Source: Candidatus Saccharimonadota bacterium
GTDB taxonomy: Bacteria; Patescibacteriota; Saccharimonadia; QS-5-54-17
Direction of reading: 5' to 3'
Length of the DNA: 64,000 nt
NCBI GenBank assembly: GCA_050486185.1
Contig: JBJHCT010000001.1
Coordinates: forward strand, 178,866 to 242,865
Shown here: positions 27,852 through 36,267 of the stretch, piece by piece
How positions within the stretch are numbered: the stretch's first letter is position 1
Layout of the letters: each line of letters opens with the position of its first letter
Translations under genes and position numbers: made by a program
The notes under the pieces: model-generated
Seen by the model: only the letters and a program-made list of their open reading frames with translations
Told to the model about the DNA's origin: nothing
Database searches by the model: none

Positions 27852-27930
27852 ATTTAACCTCCATTAAAGATTTAAAATATTGATTTTGATAACTAAATTA
27901 TAGCAAATCTTTTATGCTAGGATAGTATAT

Positions 27931-29001
27931 ATGTCAGATTTAATCATACTGCTAGCCTGCTTATACGTCATAGGTCAACTAACTTATGGCTTTAAGGTCA
28001 AATATGCCTTTAGCGATGAATTAGACTCTAATAACGACTCAGATGATAACCTACCGACAGTATCACTACTGATACCGGCCCGAAATGAGACTCATGCTAT
28101 TACTAATGCCTTACATAACGCACTATCTCTAGAGTATCCCAAACTAGAAATTGTAGTGCTTGATGATCAATCGGGTGATAATACGTCAGAGAAGATTCGC
28201 TCCTTTGCTCATGATGGCATTAGATTTATAGAAGGAGAGCCCCTGCCTGAAGGGTGGGTGGGTAAAAACTGGGCCAACCACCAATTAGCTGAAGCTGCTA
28301 GTGGTGAGGTGTTAATTTTTTGTGATGTCGATGTTTGGCTCAACACTCAAGGTTTGCATCTATTGGTAGATCGGGTAGTGCATACTAGATTTAAGGCCGT
28401 CTCAGTAGTACCTAAACTACTACCTAAGAGTGGGCTTGAATTACTACTCTTTCCCGTGCTGCACTGGTTGCTAGTCAGCAGCTCTTATTTAAAGAGTAGC
28501 AATCTCCTAGCCTACAGTGGATTGTTAGCTTTTGATAGGTCGGCCTACCTCAAACACGGCGGGTATGCTAAATATGCCGATAAAGTATTACCAGAGTTTT
28601 GGATGGGAAAAGACTTTAGTAGAACAAGCAGCCTTGGTTTTAAAAGCTACCGCAATAACGGCTTTAATTTTACTTTCAAGAAAAAGCCTTCTAGTCTACT
28701 CGAGTCTCGTCTGCGCTACTTAAGGCCGATGTATAGAGGATTTCCCTTTATAGCGGCTAAACATATCATCTACCTAGCAGCTCCCCTAGCGGCCCTAATA
28801 ACTAGTTTGTGGGTCTATTTAGGAGTCAGCCTTGTATATAGTTTATCTATGCACCAACACATTAAACACTGGTGGTTAATACCCTTAACCTTGCCGGTAA
28901 TCTGTCTAGTAGAGCTAATCCTACTAGCTCTATCAATGTACCAACACCTAAGACAAGAGGTGTCCTGGAAGGATAGAGCATTACAGCCTAGTGCTCACTA
29001 A
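27931..29001 (+). CDS. family 2 glycosyltransferase with C-terminal TM region
   Basis: VSLLIPARNETHAI...LEIVVLDDQSGDNT...FCDVDV (DxD). Confidence 0.65.
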   Translation: MSDLIILLACLYVIGQLTYGFKVKYAFSDELDSNNDSDDNLPTVSLLIPARNETHAITNALHNALSLEYPKLEIVVLDDQSGDNTSEKIRSFAHDGIRFIEGEPLPEGWVGKNWANHQLAEAASGEVLIFCDVDVWLNTQGLHLLVDRVVHTRFKAVSVVPKLLPKSGLELLLFPVLHWLLVSSSYLKSSNLLAYSGLLAFDRSAYLKHGGYAKYADKVLPEFWMGKDFSRTSSLGFKSYRNNGFNFTFKKKPSSLLESRLRYLRPMYRGFPFIAAKHIIYLAAPLAALITSLWVYLGVSLVYSLSMHQHIKHWWLIPLTLPVICLVELILLALSMYQHLRQEVSWKDRALQPSAH

Positions 29002-29024
29002 TTCATAAATAGTTTAGATTTTTA

Positions 29025-30656
29025 CTACTTTTTATCAACTTTGGTTTTAGGATGTTTCGGTATGGCGCAATAAAAGGTAGAGCCTTTATTAAGTTTGCTC
29101 TCAAACCAAACTCTACCACCCATAGACTCAATTAAGCGCTTGGTGATATACAGTCCTAGGCCCGTACCGCCGCTTTGTCTGGTGCGGTAGTCCTCGCTAC
29201 GGTAGAACTTCTCAAAGACATGCTTTTGATCGGAAGAGGATATACCGATACCGCTATCTTCTACAGCTATAACTACCCCATCATCCTCGCTATCGGGTTG
29301 AGCCGATATGACAATCTCCCCTTTTTCGGTGTACTTAATAGCGTTGGTTATAAAGTTCTGCATGATTTCTTTAACAGCATCGACACTAGCCCAAACGCTG
29401 CCAACATCTTTATCGATATCAACTTTAAGTTTTAGATTCTTGTCGCCAGCTTGCTGCTTGTAGTCCTCTGCTATTTTTTCTAGCAATTCCTTAACATCAA
29501 CTTCCCCAACTTTAAGCTGCAATCTACCTCTTTCAGCCTGAGCTAATACATACAAATCATCTACTAGATTACTTAAGAATATTACGTTTTCGTGCGCTTG
29601 TTCTAGGAGTTTGCGCCCATCTTCATTTAGTTGGTCGGCAAACTTAGGTAACATAGCTGTTGATATGTTGGCTTCAGCTATAGCTATGGGGGTACGTAAT
29701 TCGTGTGAGGCTACCGATATGAACTCATCTCTTTGCTCATCCAGTGACTTTTTCTTGGTGATATCGCGCAGTAAGAATATGAAGCCTTCTTGCTGTCTAT
29801 CAGCTCCTGGAGTCGATACAGCCGAGGCATTAATACTCAAGCTGACCTCTGAGCCATCACCAGGATCAAATCCAATATCATCTCTCATCATAGATCCACC
29901 GGCCTTAGCTATATCGGTAACTAGATTAACCGACTGATCTTTGCCATCGTAAAATTTAGCTAGATCGTTGATATTGAGATCTTGCAGTGTTTTGTTGGTA
30001 TCAAATAACTCCAAAGTTGCGCCGTTATATAGCAGGATATTGCCCTTACTATCAGTAGCAATTACGGCATCACGCATACTGTTAATTAGCCTAAGCAACC
30101 TAGCACGCTCGAAATAGAGATTCTGATTGTCTTGTTTGTGAGTATCGGTATCGGCCTGTTGGTAGCTAACTACTCTCTCAAATAGTACTGCCAGAAAAGT
30201 AAGACCTGCCATATATAGACCTATTTGATAGATTAACTCCCCTGATATCGATCCGAACTGTACGGTTACAGCTGCGATGATAGTGCCGAAACTAGCTATT
30301 AAGCTACCTATAGCTCCGAAACGGCCATACCAAATAACGGAAGTAAATAGCAGTAGAGTTAGTATCTGAAAGTACGGACCGAAAATATCGGTAAAGAATA
30401 TCAACAGCACTGCAGCAATACTGTGGTGCAAGATCATCAGCAGACTTTTAACCCTAGGTGCAGTGAAATCTCCTACCGGAAAGAACAGTGCTGGGATAAT
30501 ACCCAGAGCTGGCAAAAGGTAGAAGAGGTTACCTAAAGAGGTAGTAATAGTATCGGTGATGGAGTAATCGATAATGACGGCTGTAGCGATAATAATCTGA
30601 ACTACGTAAACAGACCTATCCTGCCGCATTGACGATAGTGCTTCTTTAAGATTCAT
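29025..30656 (-). CDS. sensor histidine kinase (multi-TM + PAS-like + HisKA + HATPase_c)
   Basis: H-box SVASHELRTPI. N/G boxes NAIKYT, DSGIGI, GGTGLGLYI. Confidence 0.85.
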   Translation of the reverse strand: MNLKEALSSMRQDRSVYVVQIIIATAVIIDYSITDTITTSLGNLFYLLPALGIIPALFFPVGDFTAPRVKSLLMILHHSIAAVLLIFFTDIFGPYFQILTLLLFTSVIWYGRFGAIGSLIASFGTIIAAVTVQFGSISGELIYQIGLYMAGLTFLAVLFERVVSYQQADTDTHKQDNQNLYFERARLLRLINSMRDAVIATDSKGNILLYNGATLELFDTNKTLQDLNINDLAKFYDGKDQSVNLVTDIAKAGGSMMRDDIGFDPGDGSEVSLSINASAVSTPGADRQQEGFIFLLRDITKKKSLDEQRDEFISVASHELRTPIAIAEANISTAMLPKFADQLNEDGRKLLEQAHENVIFLSNLVDDLYVLAQAERGRLQLKVGEVDVKELLEKIAEDYKQQAGDKNLKLKVDIDKDVGSVWASVDAVKEIMQNFITNAIKYTEKGEIVISAQPDSEDDGVVIAVEDSGIGISSSDQKHVFEKFYRSEDYRTRQSGGTGLGLYITKRLIESMGGRVWFESKLNKGSTFYCAIPKHPKTKVDKK

Positions 30657-30696
30657 TTCCTTATGTAGTATATCAGGTTATGCTTATGCTTCTAAT

Positions 30697-31683
30697 CTAG
30701 CTAGTCATACGTAAAATACTTTCTGCAACTACAAAGTAGATGATGATACTGCCAACATCTAAAATTATAGTGCCCAAAGGCCCACTAGCTACAGCTGGGT
30801 CTCGCCCTAATTTAATAAATATTCTAGGCAAGATTACAGCTACTACACCAGCCGTTACTACACTAATTAATACCGCTATAGCTACTATGATAGCTAGGGT
30901 TAAACCACCCAACCACAAGGTAATCGCAGCTGCTAAAAGAGCGCTTAATACTAATCCCATACTCACAGCTACCAAAAATTCACGGGCTAAAATAGAGGTC
31001 AGTTTGCTGGATAGACCAAAAGCGTAAGCTCTGATATAGATAGTCTGTACTTGAGTACCGACAGCATCAGCTAGATAGACTACTAGTGGTATAAAGGCAG
31101 CTAGTAGTATCTGTTCATTTAATGAGGCCTCAAACCAATTAACCACTAAAGCTGCAAGTAAGCCTCCGATTGCACCGTAAACTAACCAAGGTAGTCTAAG
31201 TTTGATTTGTTTAAACACGCCCAATTTACTGCTTAGATCTCTAGCGATCACACCAGACTCTTTGAGCATATCTTCAACATGTTCACTATGTAGGATTTTC
31301 AGTAGTTTATGTGGAGATACTACACCTATGAAGTTATCACCATCCATAACTGGGATTGATTTTAGGCTTTTTTGTAGAGCTAGTTTGACTATGTGTTCCT
31401 GATCAGTTTCTGCTGGAACCGAAGTTATATCACTAGTCATAAAGTTATCTACTCTAGCGCTGTCTGGTTGCATGAATAGCTGCCGGAGCGGCAATATGCC
31501 GGTTAGTTGGTTAGAGTTATCAACTACGTAAACATAATCTAGAGTGTCATACTTATCGGCATTAGCACGCAACAGCTGCATGACTTGAGATACGCTACTA
31601 CCCAATGAAACTGTAGCGATATTGCGATCACAGATAGCGCCGGCAGATTCAGCAGGGTAAGTTTTATTTGAATCAATCATCAA
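30697..31683 (-). CDS. MgtE-like divalent cation transporter (CBS pair + TM domain)
   Basis: CBS-like N-terminal half and a C-terminal 5-TM region with PLVVYLADAVGTQ. Confidence 0.75.
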   Translation of the reverse strand: MMIDSNKTYPAESAGAICDRNIATVSLGSSVSQVMQLLRANADKYDTLDYVYVVDNSNQLTGILPLRQLFMQPDSARVDNFMTSDITSVPAETDQEHIVKLALQKSLKSIPVMDGDNFIGVVSPHKLLKILHSEHVEDMLKESGVIARDLSSKLGVFKQIKLRLPWLVYGAIGGLLAALVVNWFEASLNEQILLAAFIPLVVYLADAVGTQVQTIYIRAYAFGLSSKLTSILAREFLVAVSMGLVLSALLAAAITLWLGGLTLAIIVAIAVLISVVTAGVVAVILPRIFIKLGRDPAVASGPLGTIILDVGSIIIYFVVAESILRMTS

Positions 31684-31760
31684 CTAGTATTATACCTTGC
31701 TTTGGCAAATGTAGTTTATATATGGTTATTCAGATTAGTTAGCTAATGGAGTGATTTAAG

Positions 31761-32075
31761 TTATTTTTTAGGGAACAGACGTCTTTGAGAACCTATGCAG
31801 ATAGAAGAGCCCATCATTCTTGAAATCTCTAGGGTGGCGTCACCTGTGTTAAAGACTACTTCACCACCTTCTTCATAACCTCGACGAGCAACGCTATCTG
31901 CTAACTCTTCTAAATCTATACCGCTAAAGGCAGCTCTACTCAATTCACCGCGAATAATATCTCTCATCTGTAGCCTAACATCATCTGATGGGTATAGAAC
32001 TTCTGCATCGCCTTCCCACGGTTCTCTTAATTCATCTGGATCCGTCAGTACGTTAGGTAGTTCAGGACTATTCAT
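31761..32075 (-). CDS. hypothetical protein
   Basis: 104-aa acidic ORF. No recognisable motif. Confidence 0.35.
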   Translation of the reverse strand: MNSPELPNVLTDPDELREPWEGDAEVLYPSDDVRLQMRDIIRGELSRAAFSGIDLEELADSVARRGYEEGGEVVFNTGDATLEISRMMGSSICIGSQRRLFPKK

Positions 32076-32121
32076 ACTTATATATTACACCACATTTAGA
32101 TATTGCTTCAATCTTTATTTG

Positions 32122-32197
32122 TGGCAGGGGTACCAGGATTCGAACCCGGACTACGACTTTTGGAGAGTCGTGTGCTAGCCGTTGACACTATACCCCT
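32122..32197 (-). tRNA. tRNA-Trp (anticodon CCA)
   Basis: Hand-folded: acceptor AGGGGTA/TACCCCT, anticodon arm CGACT-CTCCAAA-AGTCG, T-arm CCGGG-TTCGAAT-CCTGG, encoded CCA. Confidence 0.85.
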
Positions 32198-32903
32198 TCA
32201 ACTCACTAAATTCAGTATAAATCATTTCTAGTAACTTTCCGAGTCTCCTATCTAGGTATCTTATACTAATGCACCCTGGATAGTTGATACGCTTCGTTTT
32301 ACCGGCATGCTTCTTTAAGTAAGGTTTATGGAACTGATTTATTGGTATTTTTGTTACTTGTGACCAATATTCTGTCTGTGTAAGCGCATCATGATAGCTA
32401 TGTAAATGTATTAATGCTCTAAACTTAGATTCATCTAAATCGAAACACTCCCTTAAATAGCCCATGAATATTCTTACCATATTTGGATCAGAGTTAGCGA
32501 ACTGTATTCCTGCCGATATATCCTTACCCCCTTCACACCAAAATAGCATTGAGCATACTAGTTTTTTGTGAGATATATCTAGATTTATGTTTTTAGCAAT
32601 ATTTCTGGCAGATAAAGTAATTTCTTGATCTCTAGCAAGCTTTCTTTCCTTATTTATAGTTGCTAATTTATTGATATTATCTCTTTGTGTATTCCGGATT
32701 TTATGATTAGAAAAGTCTATACCATTTGAACTAAGCTTTATATCTTTAGTCCATGCATAGGCTGTAGACTTGGCAATATCAAGTTCCTGTGCGATTTCTG
32801 AATAGAAAAAACCTTGTTTTCTTAGCGTTACTGCTTCTTTTTTTATTTTCGAACTATAGCTCACTAATAACATAACCTCTTTATATAAGAAATTATACAG
32901 CAC
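32175..32903 (-). CDS. HTH + LAGLIDADG-like (homing-endonuclease-like) protein; 3' end overlaps tRNA-Trp
   Basis: N-terminal HTH (YSEIAQELDIAKSTAYAWTKD). LFWCEGGKD and NSDPNMVRIFMGYL resemble degenerate LAGLIDADG-type domains. The last 23 nt lie inside the tRNA. Confidence 0.4.
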   Translation of the reverse strand: MLYNFLYKEVMLLVSYSSKIKKEAVTLRKQGFFYSEIAQELDIAKSTAYAWTKDIKLSSNGIDFSNHKIRNTQRDNINKLATINKERKLARDQEITLSARNIAKNINLDISHKKLVCSMLFWCEGGKDISAGIQFANSDPNMVRIFMGYLRECFDLDESKFRALIHLHSYHDALTQTEYWSQVTKIPINQFHKPYLKKHAGKTKRINYPGCISIRYLDRRLGKLLEMIYTEFSELKGYSVNG

Positions 32904-32931
32904 TTAAATCTAATTGAAAAACAAACTCAGA

Positions 32932-33111
32932 TTAGTGTAGCTTCTTCTTTGATTCTCGATATATACTGCGTCTCTTAAGTAGTGGGTTGAACTTCTTAAG
33001 CTCTAATCGCTCTTCAGTGTTTCGAACGTTTTTAGTAGTGGTGTAGGTGCGGTGTCCTGTCTCTGTACACTCCATAGCGACAATACGTCTAGCACCTTGT
33101 TTCTTAGCCAT
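32932..33111 (-). CDS. rpmG: 50S ribosomal protein L33
   Basis: Not in the ORF track (59 aa). Hand translation gives MAKKQGARRIVAMECTETGHRTYTTTKNVRNTEERLELKKFNPLLKRRSIYRESKKKLH. Confidence 0.85.
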   Translation of the reverse strand: MAKKQGARRIVAMECTETGHRTYTTTKNVRNTEERLELKKFNPLLKRRSIYRESKKKLH

Positions 33112-33269
33112 TTGATACCTCTTAAGTTATATATTTAGTTAAACAAGTAAGGATATTTACAGTGATATATTAATAATATAGCCGTTATTATCCGAGAGTT
33201 TTTATCAAACGTGTATTTTACGCTACATATTAACTACATGCAACACCTGCATGTGTAACTACGGCATTG

Positions 33270-33932
33270 TTAGGTCGTGATTCCTAAATCAACTACCATC
33301 TGCCAGACTGGGCGTACAGGATCCCCTACAGTGAAGGTTCCAACAGCAGGATTCCCGCGTGTCTTGAGCGTCATAGGTGAACCTGTCCCTACAAAAAGAT
33401 GTTCACAATAGGCAGAAACATTGCCCGATGCATTTGCGGCGTTATAGATTGCGACTTGCTGTTGGCCGTTCGATCCGTTAGTGATAGTCATATTGCCGCG
33501 ACCAGCAGTTGATCCGGTTAGGACTACCGCGAAAGCCCGATAGGCATATAGGCGGCCAGTCTCGGTATTAAACGTGAACTCAGAGCCAACTAAATCGACA
33601 GAGGCTCCTTCTGAAACAATCTGTTGTGTAGTACGAATATTAAACGCAAATCCTCCTGTACCCCCAGATGTTGCAGATACTACACCGTCGGGCTTGGGAG
33701 TAATAACCCCATCCACATAGCTCTTGTTAGCTACATCAGTGTCATTAACTGGATCTGCTGTTTGCAGCCTACCCCATTGATCATAAGCTGCTAGTTTACT
33801 TCCACCTGCTGTTACTCCATCATGTACTCTAAGAGTCTTATTAGTAGTATCTACTGTAACTTCACGTTGTGCTCCTGTGAAGTTATCATTATCTGTGCTG
33901 CTTCCACCTCTTAGTTGTACTTGGTCGGGCAT
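33270..33932 (-). CDS. tail-fibre-like protein, Mtd-N-like N-terminal module + unique C-terminal domain (paralog P3)
   Basis: The family start MPDQVQLRGGSSTDNDNFTGAQREVTVDTTNKTLRVHDGVTAGG lies at 33932. The 23-aa upstream extension in the ORF track is AT-rich and absent from the other paralogs. Confidence 0.8.
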   Translation of the reverse strand: MPDQVQLRGGSSTDNDNFTGAQREVTVDTTNKTLRVHDGVTAGGSKLAAYDQWGRLQTADPVNDTDVANKSYVDGVITPKPDGVVSATSGGTGGFAFNIRTTQQIVSEGASVDLVGSEFTFNTETGRLYAYRAFAVVLTGSTAGRGNMTITNGSNGQQQVAIYNAANASGNVSAYCEHLFVGTGSPMTLKTRGNPAVGTFTVGDPVRPVWQMVVDLGITT

Positions 33933-34068
33933 AGTGTGTTTACTACCTTTTATAGAATTATATATCATAAGCATAATACTAAATTTATTACTGTTAGACA
34001 ATCTAAAATAAAATCTATCAAACTACTTCTATGGAGTTTGATAGTAAGTTGGTTATAATATTGTCTGT

Positions 34069-34143
34069 GCCCTGATAGCTCAGTGGTAGAGCGCTTCCAT
34101 GGTAAGGAAGAGGTCGCGAGTTCAATCCTCGCTCAGGGCTCCA
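34069..34143 (+). tRNA. tRNA-Thr (anticodon GGT)
   Basis: Acceptor GCCCTGA/TCAGGGC, anticodon arm CTTCC-ATGGTAA-GGAAG, T-loop TTCAATC, encoded CCA. Confidence 0.85.
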
Positions 34144-34217
34144 TATTAAAATAAATAGTTTTTGCTATAATCAGAAGCTGTTAGTATTCGTTTCTTTCCT
34201 GATGATACAATTATTAC

Positions 34218-34628
34218 ATGTCCCTATGTAAGAATTGCAGTACAGGATTAAACAGATTATCTAGTGTTTATTGTTCTAATAAATGCCAGAAAAATTACGA
34301 ATATGCTACGTACATTAAAAAGTGGAAACAAGGTAAAGTTACTGGTAGCAGAGGGGTTGATGCTAAGAATATTTCTAGGCATATTGTTAGATACCTAATC
34401 AGCAAGTATGAAGGTAGATGTGTAGAATGCGGCTGGAACAAGCTTCATCCAGTTACAGGTAACGTTTTACTAGAAGTAGATCATATAGATGGTGACTCGG
34501 ACAATAATCAGGAAGAGAATTTGCAGTTATTGTGTCCAAATTGCCATTCACTTACTAGTACATACAAAAATCTTAATAATGGTATGGGCAGAGAATGGAG
34601 AAGGTCTAAGTATATAAAATCTTCTTAG
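34218..34628 (+). CDS. HNH endonuclease
   Basis: N-terminal Cys-rich region and VDHIDGDSDNNQEENLQLLCPNCHS (H-N-H motif). Confidence 0.8.
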   Translation: MSLCKNCSTGLNRLSSVYCSNKCQKNYEYATYIKKWKQGKVTGSRGVDAKNISRHIVRYLISKYEGRCVECGWNKLHPVTGNVLLEVDHIDGDSDNNQEENLQLLCPNCHSLTSTYKNLNNGMGREWRRSKYIKSS

Positions 34629-34636
34629 TGTTTTTT

Positions 34637-34712
34637 GCCACCTTAGCTCAGTTGGTAGAGCAACGCTCTTGTAAAGCGTAGGTCGTCGGTTCGAGCCCGA
34701 CAGGTGGCTCCA
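34637..34712 (+). tRNA. tRNA-Thr (anticodon TGT)
   Basis: Acceptor GCCACCT/AGGTGGC, anticodon arm ACGCT-CTTGTAA-AGCGT, T-loop TTCGAGC, encoded CCA. Confidence 0.85.
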
Positions 34713-34728
34713 TAAATAACATACATAT

Positions 34729-34815
34729 GCCAGGGTAGCGAAGCGGCCAAACGCATCTGACTGTAAATCAGACGGCTTCATGCCTTCGGGGGTTCGAATC
34801 CCTCCCCTGGCACCA
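34729..34815 (+). tRNA. tRNA-Tyr (anticodon GTA), long variable arm
   Basis: Acceptor GCCAGGG/CCCTGGC, anticodon arm TCTGA-CTGTAAA-TCAGA, long variable arm, T-loop TTCGAAT, encoded CCA. Confidence 0.85.
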
Positions 34816-34821
34816 CATAAT

Positions 34822-34851
34822 TTGACTGTTGTGCCCTAACTACCCTATTAT
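34822..34851 (+). promoter_or_regulatory. putative sigma70-type promoter of P4
   Basis: TTGACT (34822-34827) - 18 nt - TATTAT (34846-34851). Same architecture as the other paralogs. It starts 7 nt after tRNA-Tyr. Confidence 0.35.
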
Positions 34852-34906
34852 CTAAGAATAACCAGTATTTATACTTTTTTTATATAACCAAAGGTAGATA
34901 ATAATC

Positions 34907-35587
34907 ATGCCCGACCAAGTACAACTAAGAGGTGGTACAGAAGCAGAGAATAATAACTTCACAGGAGCAGCCAGAGAAGTTACAGTAGATACTACTAATA
35001 AGACTCTTAGAGTACATGATGGAGAAACAGCAGGAGGAAGTAAACTAGCAGCTTATGATCAATGGGGTAGGCTGCAAACAGCAGATCCAGTTAATGACAC
35101 TGATGTAGCTAATAAGCAGTGGGTTGAAGGGCATGTTAGTGGTGCTGCTACTCGTCGCGCACTTGTGATTCGCGATGATGTTCAAACAATCCCTAATGCC
35201 ACCACTACAGCAATGATATTCCAGACAGAGGTTTATGACGACGATGGCATGTTTGATATCGGATCACCAACCATGCTTGTTGTGCCATCCGGTGCGTCGA
35301 AAGTACGTGTGTCCGCTAGCGTGGTATGGGGAAGTAATGCAGACGGTCTGCGACAAGCGTTTATTGAACGCGACACTGGTGCAGGATTTACTGCGAGCTA
35401 TAACGGAGTAGCCCGGTTCGCAATGGACCCCGGGACTTCCAATCAGGCTTACTGGACAATGGCGACTGCCTGGATTGCATGTGATCCAGGTGATAAGTTT
35501 CAATTAGCTGTGCATCATACACGAGGAACCACTCTGCAAATGCAAGGCAGTGGTCTAACATGGATGATGATGGAGATATTAACATAA
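34907..35587 (+). CDS. tail-fibre-like protein, Mtd-N-like N-terminal module + unique C-terminal domain (paralog P4)
   Basis: MPDQVQLRGGTEAENNNFTGAAREVTVDTTNKTLRVHDGETAGG. The C-terminal part has a C1q/TNF-like beta-sandwich-type pattern (weak impression). Confidence 0.8.
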   Translation: MPDQVQLRGGTEAENNNFTGAAREVTVDTTNKTLRVHDGETAGGSKLAAYDQWGRLQTADPVNDTDVANKQWVEGHVSGAATRRALVIRDDVQTIPNATTTAMIFQTEVYDDDGMFDIGSPTMLVVPSGASKVRVSASVVWGSNADGLRQAFIERDTGAGFTASYNGVARFAMDPGTSNQAYWTMATAWIACDPGDKFQLAVHHTRGTTLQMQGSGLTWMMMEILT

Positions 35588-35658
35588 GGATAATAGATAA
35601 TCCTCATCAATCCTAACTTAGCTTTAATACACGCCACACTAAACCCATCGCAAAAGTA

Positions 35659-36267
35659 TTATGCTGGCATATTCCTAATCTGTTCTCTGACTTCCTCAGC
35701 CTTTTTGTACTGTTTAGCATTTTCATAAGCTTCTAGTAAGTATTCTAGATTTCTAGGGCTAGGGTCTTCTTCTACTACGTCTTCTAATATATCTACTACT
35801 CGTTTATGGTTCTCCATTTTCTGCAATACTTTAGCAAATACCAACATTCTTTTTACGGTCGGCTCTAAATCGATAACTTTTTCTAGTGCCGTAGCGGCCT
35901 CCTCTAGATTGCCGGTTCTAAACTGCAATACTCCTAGGTTGTACAAACTAGCTACTGAAGGAGCCAGTGATGAGGCGATGTCTAAACAGGCTATAGCATC
36001 ATCGGTTCTATTCATACGTGAATACAGTAAACCTAAGCGGTTATATGCTGCTGTGTTTTTTGGATCGTACTTTAATATCTTTAGCAACGCTCTTTCGGCG
36101 CTTTGGTACCTGCCTTTTTCTATAGCAGTCTCTGTATAGCTCCAAAAGCGCTTTATAGCTTGAGTCATTTTGGGAGTTTTAATATCTTGCATGTAGTATT
36201 TTTGGTATCTTTTGACACCTATAACTACCAAGACCATAGCTAATATAAGTAGGCTAATTTCCGCCAT
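35659..36267 (-). CDS. TPR-repeat protein with N-terminal TM anchor
   Basis: TM helix followed by repeated A..Y..LG..Y......A TPR-like units. Confidence 0.65.
   Translation of the reverse strand: MAEISLLILAMVLVVIGVKRYQKYYMQDIKTPKMTQAIKRFWSYTETAIEKGRYQSAERALLKILKYDPKNTAAYNRLGLLYSRMNRTDDAIACLDIASSLAPSVASLYNLGVLQFRTGNLEEAATALEKVIDLEPTVKRMLVFAKVLQKMENHKRVVDILEDVVEEDPSPRNLEYLLEAYENAKQYKKAEEVREQIRNMPA

Noticed and set aside
33933-34001. 23-aa N-terminal extension of P3 in the ORF track (MSNSNKFSIMLMIYNSIKGSKHT)
   Set aside because: All other paralogs start at MPDQVQ. The extension covers the AT-rich conserved-type promoter/UTR region, so the ATG at 33932 was preferred.
34548-34781. 77-aa minus-strand ORF
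   Set aside because: It lies antisense across tRNA-Thr(TGT) and tRNA-Tyr, so it is an artefact of the stop-free tRNA sequence.
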